From: Naegleria gruberi
Taxonomy: Eukaryota
Strand: one strand, 5' to 3'
Length of the DNA: 64,000 nucleotides
Assembly: GCA_000004985.1 (NCBI GenBank)
Contig: GG738849.1
The stretch's first letter is position 1. Each line of letters opens with the position of its first letter. Position numbers and translations under genes: made by a program. Below the pieces are notes generated by a model, which ran no database searches, was not told the origin of the DNA, and was given only the letters and a program-made list of their open reading frames with translations. Below, one piece after another: positions 24,501 through 34,055 of this stretch.

Positions 24501-25954
24501 GACATATCAATATCTGTTGTAGATGGAGTTGTTGGTGATTCATCTTCACTTTTCAGAGAAGTATTACTCTTAGATTCTGTAATACCTCTTTCTGGAACAA
24601 TTAATTGAAGATTTTTGACCCTTTTATCCTTCTTAGTTTCACTAGGAGTAGCAACAGAAGCAGATTCACTTGTAGTATTAGATCTTGGTGTTACACCTTC
24701 AACTGTAATTCCAAGTTGGACATCATCTCCTGTATCACTTTGTTCAATTGCAGCTCCAAAATCATTGGCATTACCATTTTCCTCATCAGCCATATATAAA
24801 AGACCATCATTATTATCATATTGCTTTTGTTTTGGTGAAATATCAGTTGAATAAAATTGTAAAACTTCATCCATAATAGATTTAATTCTTTGTCTACCAG
24901 TTGATGGAATTTTATAAATAAAAGCATTACCCTTACTTGTGTGAAGTAACAAAAGGTCTTTAGCAATAAATAAAGCACCTTTGAATTTTTCATTCTTTCT
25001 AATTGAGCTAGAATTATTTGAAAGTGGAAATAGTTCATTTTCCAAAGTTTGTTGTAAAGTTATAGTATAAATTGGTTGAATAGAGTGATAAGTATAAATA
25101 TAAACAACCTTATTATAAACAGCAGCAACAAGTGACCAATAGTAATTATTAACAACCATTACAGGTTTAAATTGTTGTACATTTGGTTGATTTGCAATAG
25201 GTGCTTGAATACTGAAAAGAGGTTCTTCACTTTTAATTGTGTGAGTTTTTTCGTCCAGTTCAAATGACCAATATTTCAAACTATGATCATCACCAACACT
25301 TAACATGACACTTTTAAGCCTTGATTTAACATCATCCGTAATAATAAAAGGTCCAGAAGAAAGTGAAGCAATCCATTCAGTATGTCCTTCCAAAACACGA
25401 ATAATCTTTAAACGATTCAAATCCAATAAATAAATCATATTATGTTTACCACTAATTGCAACAATACTTGAATTATAATTACTATATCTATTCAAATTAC
25501 AAATACATTGTGGCACAACATCAAAAAGTAAATTTGGTGATAAAGCCATACAACGTCCATCATAAAGATTCCATACACAAACTGTACCATCCAAACTAAT
25601 ACTACAACAACAATTATTATTATCTAATCCATAAGGTGGATTATAAGAAGATGAAGGTGATTGCGGAGTTGGTAAAGGTGATGAATTTTGAAGTAGTGGT
25701 CCTTTTACATTACTACTATTATTATTTGTTGAAGCACTATCATAACTACATTCACAACAATCTGTTACTTTAGTTTGATGTCCATACATTAAAGAGAAGG
25801 GAACATAACTTGTACTTTCTTGATCAAAATTCCAAAGCACACAAATACCACTATTTGTTCCGGTAACAAGTTTATCTTTTATTACACTAGCACAAGTGTA
25901 TCTAAAAGAAGGTGGTAAATCATTCCAAAATATCACTGTGTTTTTCAAGGACAT
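21551..25954 (-). CDS. WD-repeat protein 7 (rabconnectin-3 beta)-like protein. The likely start is the internal Met MSLKNTVIFW.
   Basis: N-terminal WD repeats containing CVWNLYDGRCMALSPNLL, comparable to human WDR7 CLWDVSDGRCIEFTKL. Further WD repeats (LLSGSADYSIKVWQ, GGHGSTVVAIYW, CSDGTVYVWS) are present, plus a long helical C-terminal region ending in WD repeats (GSINDGTVCIYD, KTCKVWN). 1504-aa ORF. The first 37 residues of the listed ORF look like AT-rich leader. Confidence 0.75.
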   Translation of the reverse strand: MSLKNTVIFWNDLPPSFRYTCASVIKDKLVTGTNSGICVLWNFDQESTSYVPFSLMYGHQTKVTDCCECSYDSASTNNNSSNVKGPLLQNSSPLPTPQSPSSSYNPPYGLDNNNCCCSISLDGTVCVWNLYDGRCMALSPNLLFDVVPQCICNLNRYSNYNSSIVAISGKHNMIYLLDLNRLKIIRVLEGHTEWIASLSSGPFIITDDVKSRLKSVMLSVGDDHSLKYWSFELDEKTHTIKSEEPLFSIQAPIANQPNVQQFKPVMVVNNYYWSLVAAVYNKVVYIYTYHSIQPIYTITLQQTLENELFPLSNNSSSIRKNEKFKGALFIAKDLLLLHTSKGNAFIYKIPSTGRQRIKSIMDEVLQFYSTDISPKQKQYDNNDGLLYMADEENGNANDFGAAIEQSDTGDDVQLGITVEGVTPRSNTTSESASVATPSETKKDKRVKNLQLIVPERGITESKSNTSLKSEDESPTTPSTTDIDMSSNDLTSIGAAIERAFSTSIMDALQLSSSPSTPNFDRVAQKEQPKIVKVIDSALSENDPYGDFVWQYDPISNILLRVNNDVIIIWKVTISSSTVDITLLSSDNRLAKGWNTSNTVKENSLTNKSPISVSHFAVERISPCLIRGFHNGDVHIQYTTTQNNGKEDSQELYIQNAHKKRVTTLLVMSDDDNNPLLLSGSADYSIKVWQLDSTDLKYHKLLRSFNYHSGKVDLLFVPPRTIRRKLQNCFCSLSDDDHSVIMYSVKTLDVIHILGGHGSTVVAIYWRSDLDYLLVQCSDGTVYVWSISTGLLERRVSGASAKYLIKTSEQSSVISGSFGQSDPSTSSGSNSQGSGSIGSSGIVKLSFSKQSATSEAYNKAKGFIESISLQVNEQTPDIQLLTISVRRCVTFINSKKNLFLKYFSDGDLSNTSVNPEDEIENRINDRNMSALLTSLSYLLQYGNDPSLKQLRHEIRFAILRIQGQHNDTSDFSMIDNLAPYPKGFIGLKGAGETYSLIVPSMSDNCHPFIFSPVLSSIYMIGAVSVLTAISANLPATLKFQKTCNDCITYFLNQIHTGFDNFQEPSFLWCAQFLKDQTKDVQQAARSVMYSVLQRMEPVQHKLLAEKLANMIIESSNKTSSKQINTQRQNFVVALALLAYRVPRAVDGRIATLTAMELIDILEKGGPQHSTAITLLGDAYSIWKFYIPDPMGFCRQLFQISLPALTSQVPSSNSSAAEISQLAIDSLQAFVNMASADTPLYIDFITNIISNAQQTSTTTLNAAISSLFPVMQRHPKCLMDHLVVLTSLLLKVLDPHFPAIRDICMANSTNILRFMVEIYPMVSFHQEKQKLAVGSINDGTVCIYDMRTASKWQLFEAHQKQPQKQSQKGQPSASLDALSFSPNGQYLCSFSAAEKTCKVWNTDAGSGGTILQLLGVTNRNVKTFEIDPNYVRSPLKPMEILKFVRFEWDNNKMFSLKPGKNLNKVTFRL

Positions 25955-26306
25955 GTTTTCAAAAAATCCAAAATATTTAAAAACACAAAGTGATGATGAT
26001 TTTGCTGCACCCGATGCGATGTTGAATTTTTTTTTAAAATAAAATCTTTTTCGATTGAAAATCATATTTGGAAATCACCAAGAAAAAGAAGATGAAAAAA
26101 TTTAAAATGCACTAAATCTCAAATTCTCAAATACCATCACAGTATTGTATGTATTACATCTTACATCCAATTAGAATATACTCATGGTGGTTGAACTCTA
26201 AGCTTTTTGTAAATGTTGCGCTTATTGATGGGCAATGAAGAGAACACGTAAACAAGCTTAAGTTAGAAGAAACACACTTGATACTATTTATAAACTTTAA
26301 AAAAAA

Positions 26307-27419
26307 ATGATGAACAATTTCTTTCAAGGTCAAAGAATTGACGTATTTAAACGACCATACAGAGTGTATACTGGTGCTTTTTGTGGAAAACCTCAAATAG
26401 ATGAAGGAGGTAAAATTATTTTACCATCATCGGCTCTTGATGAATTGGCTAGATTAAATATTGTATATCCAATGCTTTTTAAAATTTCAAATTCAAAGAA
26501 GAAAAAAGCTACACATTGTGGTGTTTTAGAATTTAGTGCAGAGGAAGGAAGAGCATACATTCCATTCTGGGTAGGTTTAAATTATTCAAACGGATTATTA
26601 ATATTAATATGATTTTTAATTGATCAAATTTTGTATTTTTAGATGCAAGAATACTTGCAATTATCACCTGGATCTCTTGTTAATGTTGAAAGTGTAGCAT
26701 TACCAAAGGGTACATTTGTAAAAATCAGACCACAACAAAAAGCCTTTATTGAAATTTCCGATCCAAAGGCTGTCTTAGAAAAACAACTCAGAAACTTTTC
26801 ATGTCTTTCTCGTGGTGATACTATTATTATAGCTTACAACAACAAACAATTCTTTATCGATATAGTAGCTGTTGCTAGTGCGAGTGGAGATTGTGAAGCT
26901 GTGAGTATTGTGGAAACAGATGTTAAAGTTGAATTTGAAAGACCTGCTGATATGCCTCCATCACCTGTAAATCCAATCACTCCATCAGCAGATGAATTAT
27001 TCAAGGTCAATAATAATATTATCAAACAACCAACTACTACTAATATCACTCCAACACCAACTAATGTACCACCACCAAAAGAAGAACCAAAAGAACCACC
27101 AAAATTTGTTGGAGTTGGAAGAAGATTGGACGGAAAAGGAGGATCTTCATCAAGTAATAACACTCCAACAAGTACTACACCAACAAAAACAACAACACCA
27201 ACAACATCTACACCAACAGCAGCTTCAGGTGCAAGTGGAACTAATTTAAATACTTCGGGATTAGTACTTGGTAGGAAGAGAAAGACTTATGGAGAGGAAG
27301 AAAAGAAACCAGGCCAACCAGGTGCTTCCACAGCCACTACCACTGCTACTGCTACTACTGACAAGAAGGATGAAAGCAAATTTAAAGCATTCGCAGGTCA
27401 AGGAAGATCATTGAAATAA
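26307..27419 (+). CDS. UFD1: UFD1 (ubiquitin fusion degradation 1), Cdc48/p97 cofactor. Two exons: 26307..26570 and 26643..27419.
   Basis: EGGKIILPSSALDELARLNIVYPMLFKISN...THCGVLEFSAEEGRAYIPFW|MQEYLQLSPGSLVNVESVAL...ISDPKAVLEKQLRNFSCLSRGDTIIIAYNNKQF aligns closely with human UFD1 ([30 protein letters not shown]...THCGVLEFVADEG..YLPHWMMQNLLLEEGGLVQVESVNL...[31 protein letters not shown]). GTAGGT donor at 26571 and 72-nt intron. The C-terminus is Pro/Thr-rich. Confidence 0.9.
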
Positions 27420-27430
27420 ATATTCATTAT

Positions 27431-28598
27431 TTAATTAAAATCAATTTCAATATTGTGTTCGTTACAAATTTGTTCCAGTTTTTGCTTGCCATAATTTTGA
27501 GCTTGCAAAATTCCGTCATAGTCTGTGGATGGCCTCAACAATAATTCCTTATAGAATTTGACAGCTTCCATTGGCTTACCAAAATTTTGATGAATCATAC
27601 CTAGAACAAGTAAGGTATGTTCATGACCTGGACTCTCATTCAATACATTCATTAAATGTTTTACACAAACATCAAATTCCTCTTTTTCTTCCATGCACTG
27701 TTTTAAATAATAACTTGCAACAGTGTTACATTTCTGTCTCAATGTATTATCCCTCTTTTCATAGTTATATTTGAGTGCTTTTTCAAATTCTTCAATAGAT
27801 TGGTCAATCATCTTTTTAGTTCCATAAATACATGCACATAAGTGATGAATCTCTCCAAAATCGGTTTCTGAAAATTCACTAGACTTGCTCATTAATTCCT
27901 GACAGAGTTTGACACTTTCCAAACTTGAATCTAAATCTTGCTTTAAGTATTGTAATGATCCAATCCTATAATATAATTTATACATTAATTTATCATCTCT
28001 AACACCACTATTCACAATATTCTCAATTGCTTCTGTAAGTAAATTAATTGAATGTTCATATAATTCCTCTTGTTTCAATTCATCAACAGCTGTTGCATAT
28101 TCCAATCTATATTCAGGATTAGAAGTGTCAGATTTTAATTTTTCTGCAGCATTAATGAGCTCGGTCAATTTGAGAGTATTTTCAATACTAGATGCTGACG
28201 ATTTATCATCTCTATTGATGGTAAACTTTTCTTGTTCCTTTGTTATCATTATTAATATAAATATTAGAAAATCTCAAACATACATATCCTTCAATAATTG
28301 TAATAACCAAATCAATCACTCTCAAATCTACTTCATTGGGTAAAATTGCAAATTCCCCATCAGTTCTAAATCCACTATGAACCAACAATTCATAGGCTCC
28401 AGGTACATTTACAACCTTCTCCGAAAACTTTTCATTCGACAATTTGATTTTTCTAAATTTCTCATCAAAGGCATTCTTGATAATATTCCCCAGAATATTC
28501 TTGATCAAAGTCAGCGAATCACACTTATCCAACAATTCGGGATGTGATTTAAATGTATGATGAACCTTGTGAGAAACAAAACCCAAGACGCTTTCCAT
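27431..28598 (-). CDS. PUB-domain protein with a helical, TPR-like C-terminal region. Two exons: 28598..28284 and 28238..27431.
   Basis: The N-terminal exon contains LIKNILGNIIKNAFDEKFRKIKLSNEKFSEKVVNVPGAYELLVHSGF, which matches the PUB/PUG domain consensus (ILxN..DEKYRKIRLSN..F...V....GA.ELL...GF) of PNGase and UBXD1. GTATGT donor and a 45-nt intron give in-phase continuation ...VITIIEGY|EQEKFTINRDD... into the 272-aa helical-repeat ORF. Confidence 0.6.
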
Positions 28599-29066
28599 TT
28601 TTTTTTACAATTTTTAAATTCCATGGCGGGGAAATGATATCAGCAATTCTATACTTGATTTTCATTGGGGACAAGTTGAGTATTGCATGTTTGGTTTGGA
28701 TGTTGTTGGTGATACGTGAGGATTAATACATGGAATTGTTGAATAAAATCTTTATTGCCACGTCGTTGTCTCCAATTTAAAAATTGTAAAGTTTTTGCTG
28801 GTTCTTATATGAAATTGAGAATTTTCACAGAATTTATTAGCATCTAGGTAGGAATTGGGTGATTCTACACTTTGGCATGAAATTAAAACGAAACCAAACA
28901 ATTTCTTACTTCTCCAAATATATTGTTGAACAATGGATTATTGAATTTAGCATCTTAATGTTGAAGTAAGTTAATGCTAAAAATAAACTTGAACCTGGAA
29001 AAAACTTTAGAATTTCAAAGCCTTCAAAGTTTTTAAAAAAAATTAATCAACATTCATCCAAACATA

Positions 29067-30734
29067 ATGCAAAGTTCTTCTTCTTCCTCTGATCAACATG
29101 ATTGTGATATAGTCATGCTCGACAAAAATCATGAGGAAGAATTATTCGAAAATAGATTAAAAGAACTTCCTTCCGATATTGTTCTTCATTCAATTCTTTG
29201 CCATTATGTTCTTGATTTGGATAGATATGCCTTTCTGTATAGGAAATACAAGTCAGATTTAATTTTGTTATTTATGGGAAGATATCATGGTGAAATTCAT
29301 TTGATTTTTAAGAATGTTTCAATTTCTACTTTTAGAGCTATTGGAAGAGATGGATTGGTGTTTAATTTTATGAAATCTGAAATTCTTGATCAGGTATTAC
29401 CTTCTAGGATTCATTCAATTGATTTTATATCAAATTATTTCACTAGAGAAGACTCTTTATGTGAATTACCTCCAATTATTGTAAATCATATTGGTTATGT
29501 GAGGAAAATTAATTTTTCTAGACAAACAAGTTTTAAAGATTTTAATCAATTGGATTTATTTACAAATTTGGAAGAATTTAAAATATCTGATACTCGTTTA
29601 CCTGCTGAAAATGTTATTAGAATTCTTTCATCTAACAAGCATTTGAAATCTATTGAATATAGTAATCCGCTCTGTGATAGCTCCACTCTTGACGTTCAAT
29701 TATTCTTGGCAAGTATTATTTCACTTCCTAATTTGAGACACGTCAATTTGTCAGGAGTTAAATTCATCAATGATGAAATTGTAGCCAAGTTATTGATTAA
29801 TTTACCATACTTGTCTGATTTGGTAGTAAGATATTGTACAAATGTTAGTGATATTGCATTTGCTGGTATTGAACAACACAAACATATCAAAATTGTGGAT
29901 ATCACTGGTTGTAAAATTACAAATCCTGGAATAATTCTCAAAAATCAAAATATTAGAAAGCTGAGTTATGAAGATTCTGATTTTGAGAACGTATATCTTG
30001 ACCTAGGAACAATTGTATCAAAGGTTATTGAGCTTTCATTTAGTCTCTCAACAAATATTTCCACAAATGTATTGAGAAGTATTGCTGATTCCTGTCCAGA
30101 TGTGGAAATTTTAAGATTAGAAACAAGTACTTACAAATCTGATGGCTTGAAGCAATTCTTAAATTCATCCATCAACAAGTTGACAAGCCTCAAAGAACTC
30201 TATTTGAATGGAACAAAATTAGATGATGGAAATATTAAGGAGATTCTCTTAGAAAAACTTCAAATTCTCAGTTTAGAATTCAATAATATTACAGATTCTT
30301 CCATTGATAAGATTAAACAATTCACTCAACTCACAGACATCAGATTAGGAAGAACCAATATAACACATAAGGGTATTGCTGATCTATTAGCTCATTATCA
30401 TTCTATTGGAAAGGTCATTGAAAACCTAGCATTGAATTCACTTAAAATTACAGGTGAACAAATTCTTTCCATTCCTCATTGGAGTCAAGTTCAGAGATTG
30501 AATCTTTCCAAGAATAAGGTGAATAATGATGCCTTCCTCTTTCTTATCAAATTATTGAATATTATCGAATTGAATTGTTCTGATAATATGATTACCAATG
30601 AAGCTGTTCATCCACATATCTATTCTAATAGAACTTTGAGAAAACTAAACCTTTCTTCCAATAGAAACATTTCTGCACGTACCAAATCATCCATTGTTAT
30701 GAAATGTCCAAATATAAGTGAGCTAACCTTATAA
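29067..30734 (+). CDS. F-box/LRR-repeat protein
   Basis: N-terminal F-box-like motif LPSDIVLHSILCHYVLDLDRYAFLYRKY followed by Cys-containing leucine-rich repeats (LxxLxLxxCxxITD-type) throughout. 555-aa single exon. Confidence 0.7.
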   Translation: MQSSSSSSDQHDCDIVMLDKNHEEELFENRLKELPSDIVLHSILCHYVLDLDRYAFLYRKYKSDLILLFMGRYHGEIHLIFKNVSISTFRAIGRDGLVFNFMKSEILDQVLPSRIHSIDFISNYFTREDSLCELPPIIVNHIGYVRKINFSRQTSFKDFNQLDLFTNLEEFKISDTRLPAENVIRILSSNKHLKSIEYSNPLCDSSTLDVQLFLASIISLPNLRHVNLSGVKFINDEIVAKLLINLPYLSDLVVRYCTNVSDIAFAGIEQHKHIKIVDITGCKITNPGIILKNQNIRKLSYEDSDFENVYLDLGTIVSKVIELSFSLSTNISTNVLRSIADSCPDVEILRLETSTYKSDGLKQFLNSSINKLTSLKELYLNGTKLDDGNIKEILLEKLQILSLEFNNITDSSIDKIKQFTQLTDIRLGRTNITHKGIADLLAHYHSIGKVIENLALNSLKITGEQILSIPHWSQVQRLNLSKNKVNNDAFLFLIKLLNIIELNCSDNMITNEAVHPHIYSNRTLRKLNLSSNRNISARTKSSIVMKCPNISELTL

Positions 30735-30796
30735 AAATCAAGTCAATTTCAACTTGGAAATTCAATATAGTATTTACTATTTAATATATTTAAAAA

Positions 30797-32183
30797 ATGT
30801 TTAAACGTACATTATTGACCACCAATACAACAAGAAATTCCTCCACTTTCAACCTTGTGATCAATAAAATTCAACAGCATCATTGTCGTCATGTGAGTGC
30901 TTATGCCTTTGATATTGATGGTGTACTTTTAAAAAGTCATCATGCCATTCCGAAGGCTAGAGAAGCCTTGATGAGATTAAAAGATAGGAATATTCCTTTT
31001 TGTATGTATATTATAAACGAGTTGTTGAACTCTAATAACAAATAATAATATTATTTAAAATTATAATTATTTTAAATATTTAAATATTTAAATATACAAT
31101 TATTGGATCAAATTATGGATGATACAATTTAGTATGTCTTACAAATGGAGGAGGAGTTTTGGAAAAGGCTAAAACCTCTCAACTCAACAATATTTTGGAT
31201 TTACCAAAGGAATATCAATTAACATCGGAACAAATGATTTTAAGTCATACCCCATTTCAAGAATTTGCAAAGGATTACAAGGATAAAAATGTTTTAATTG
31301 TTGGTGGATATGATTGTTTGAATGTGGCTAAATCTTATGGATTTGAAAATGCTATTCATGTTACTGATTATCATAAAAAGTAGGTGAATATATGGAATAT
31401 GATTGGAATTTAATGTTTTTAATATTACATTGTACAAATTCTCATTAGATATCCATTCATTTATAGTATTTTCCCACCAAGAGATATTACAAAGGATGAA
31501 TATGAAAGTATGAAGAAATTGTACAATTTTAATGTAGATCCAAAGGATGCTGTTAGTGCTGTACTTTTTATGTATGAAAGTGATCATTTAGGACGCGATA
31601 TTCAAGTTGTTATGGATTTAGTTTTGGCTAATAATGGTGTTCCTGGACATACTGAGGATTATAACTTGGTTGACCATAAACAAAATTGTAAATTAATCAT
31701 GTCCAATGCTGATTTCCTTTATTCATCATCTGTAAGTATTTCATTAATGTTTAATTAATTGTGGAAATTTGCAGTTCTCATGGCCAAGTATGTTATATTA
31801 TAATTCTAAAATTTCTAATCAATTAAAACACCAAAGGATTTGGACAAGGAATGATTAAATTATGTTTAAAGAATATTTACAGAGAATTAACTCAAAAAGA
31901 ACTCAATATTACACAATATGGTAAACCTGAAAAGGTAACATATGATTTTTGTCAAAAGAGACTTGAGGAATTAGCCAAAAATCAAGGAATTTCAGAACCT
32001 TTATCTACCATTTATATGGTTGGTGATAATTTACTTTCCGATATCAAAGGAGCCAATCAAGCAGGAGGTGTCTGGAGATCAGTTCTAGTAAAAACTGGAC
32101 TTTACAAGGGTGAATTAGATCATCAAAATCCAGCTCACTACATTACACCAGATGTTTTTACTTTTGTTATGGAACATTCATAA
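30797..32183 (+). CDS. HAD-superfamily hydrolase of the CECR5/HDHD5/YKR070W family. Five exons: 30797..31001, 31133..31379, about 31449..31731, 31775..31787 (13-nt micro-exon) and 31837..32183.
   Basis: HAD motif I AFDIDGVL. NIPF|LCLTNGGGVLE spans intron 1. FPPRDITKDEY...MDLVLANNGVPG and SSS|FSWP|RFGQGMIKLCLKNIYRELTQKELNITQYGKPEKVTY...MVGDNLLSDIKGANQAGG parallel human CECR5 ([60 protein letters not shown]). All junctions are GT..AG and phase-consistent. The exon-3 acceptor could be 31449 or 31467. Confidence 0.7.
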
Positions 32184-32329
32184 TCTGGAAACTGTTGAAA
32201 TTATCCTCACTATTTTACCTTCTCAATCCACTAAGGTCAACTTGTGTAAACAATTTTAAATATTTCTCTCTCCATGTTCAACAAAGTTTTAAAAATAAAT
32301 TTTCCGTTAAAAAATTATTTAAAAAAAAA

Positions 32330-33856
32330 ATGAAACGACAACTCGAAGATCCGATCCACTCGGAAAAGAAACAAAAATCAAATGATCACGGAAAGGATGT
32401 TATTAAAATGTTAGGATATACCAATGATGAAAATCCCTTCAATGATAGCAATTTATCGGAAAAATTTGTATGGACAAAACAAGAAGACAATTCATCATCA
32501 TTAACCGAAAATAAAAGGAAGGAAATTTTGTTATTAAAACAACAAAGATTGGAGAGAGAAATGGAAAAGAGAAGATGGGAAATGGAAAGAGAAAGAGTTT
32601 TCAGAGAAAGAGAAGCTGAAAGATTTGATGAATATGAAAAGAAGGAATCTGAATTTCACTTGAAACAAGAAAATTTAGCATCGTTTATTAGATTGAGAGA
32701 AAGAAGAGCAAAATTAATTGATTTTGTTACTAATAACTTGAAATATTTGAGATTTAAGGATAAATTACTTGGTGATGACTATGACAGCCATTTGATTTTA
32801 AGCAGTGAACATGAAAGAATTTATGGAGTTGAGTATAAAAAGCCATATGAAGTATTTCATGATAGAAAATTGCAAGATTTATTAGATTCTCAAGAAGATT
32901 TGGAAACAATGATTGAATGTGATATTGACTATCAAGATTTCTGGAGAGCACTTTCTGTAATTGTCAAGGATGAAATTAATCTTGCAAAGGAATATGAAAA
33001 GAAAAAGGTAGGAAAGGAAGAAGAAAGAACTAAAGATATTCATGCTTCAGTTGTGGCTGAAATTAAAGAATTGCTATCTGATAAGAATTTGGATGAATTA
33101 TTAGAAATGGAACAATTAATTAATGAAACATTAGATAATAGAGATGCTTCAACAGATGTTGAATATTGGGAAGGTTTGAAAAAGTACCTCCAAATTTACA
33201 AAGCTAGGAACATTGTCTCACAAATTCATCAGGAAGCAATCAAAGTTTATGAACAAATGAAAAAGAATGGTACAACTGATAGAATTTTCACTCAACACAA
33301 TACTCCTTCATCTTACAAGGATAATGCTACTCAACAAAAGAAGGATCATAACTCAATATCAGGAGGAGCATCCAATGAAGATGATAGATTAATGCGAGAA
33401 TACAAAAATAAGGAAACAGAGGAAGGTGATGAAGATACAGTGGAAGAAGTCAAACTAGTCAACCAACAATATGCATGGAATGATAAGTATAGACCAAGAA
33501 AACCTAAATTCTTCAATCGTGTAAGAACAGGATATGAATGGACAAATTACAATAGAACTCACTATGATTTTGAAAATCCTCCTCCAAAAGTCATTCAAGG
33601 TTACAAATTCAACATTTTCTATCCAGATTTAATTGACAGAAGTATCACACCATCCTATGCTTTAGAAAGAGATCCAAATAATGATGAATTCTCCATTCTT
33701 ACATTCCATTCTGGTCCACCTTATGAGGATATTTCATTTAGAATTGTAAATAGAGAGTGGGAAAAGTCTCACAGAAGAGGTTATAGATGTGTTTTCGAGA
33801 GGGGTGTTCTTCAACTGCACTTTAAATTTAAGAAATTAAAATTCCAAAAAGATTAA
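32330..33856 (+). CDS. CACTIN: Cactin (spliceosome-associated protein)
   Basis: C-terminal YRPRKPKFFNRVRTGYEWTNYNRTHYDFENPPPKVIQGYKFNIFYPDLIDRSITPSYALERDPNNDEFSILTFHSGPPYEDISFRIVNREWEKSHRRGYRCVFERGVLQLHFKFKKLKF is near-identical in pattern to the conserved cactin C-terminal domain. The mid-region ER-rich coiled coil (LEREMEKRRWEMERERVFRER) is present. Start is taken at ATG 32330 (MKRQLEDP...). The upstream part of the listed ORF is AT-rich leader. Confidence 0.85.
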   Translation: MKRQLEDPIHSEKKQKSNDHGKDVIKMLGYTNDENPFNDSNLSEKFVWTKQEDNSSSLTENKRKEILLLKQQRLEREMEKRRWEMERERVFREREAERFDEYEKKESEFHLKQENLASFIRLRERRAKLIDFVTNNLKYLRFKDKLLGDDYDSHLILSSEHERIYGVEYKKPYEVFHDRKLQDLLDSQEDLETMIECDIDYQDFWRALSVIVKDEINLAKEYEKKKVGKEEERTKDIHASVVAEIKELLSDKNLDELLEMEQLINETLDNRDASTDVEYWEGLKKYLQIYKARNIVSQIHQEAIKVYEQMKKNGTTDRIFTQHNTPSSYKDNATQQKKDHNSISGGASNEDDRLMREYKNKETEEGDEDTVEEVKLVNQQYAWNDKYRPRKPKFFNRVRTGYEWTNYNRTHYDFENPPPKVIQGYKFNIFYPDLIDRSITPSYALERDPNNDEFSILTFHSGPPYEDISFRIVNREWEKSHRRGYRCVFERGVLQLHFKFKKLKFQKD

Positions 33857-34055
33857 AGATAATATTATATTGCCTTAAACCTTCCCTTACATATTACTTA
33901 CACTAATCAATTTAGCAGAATCTAATCAAAATAAAAGAATATTCAGCCGTATTTAGAAAAGAAGTTTTAGAAAGTTGACCTCTAATTTAACAACTGCAAA
34001 TTTTACAGAATAACAACTTTATCAAATACAATCACTTTGCAGCTTTTTTGTAGCA

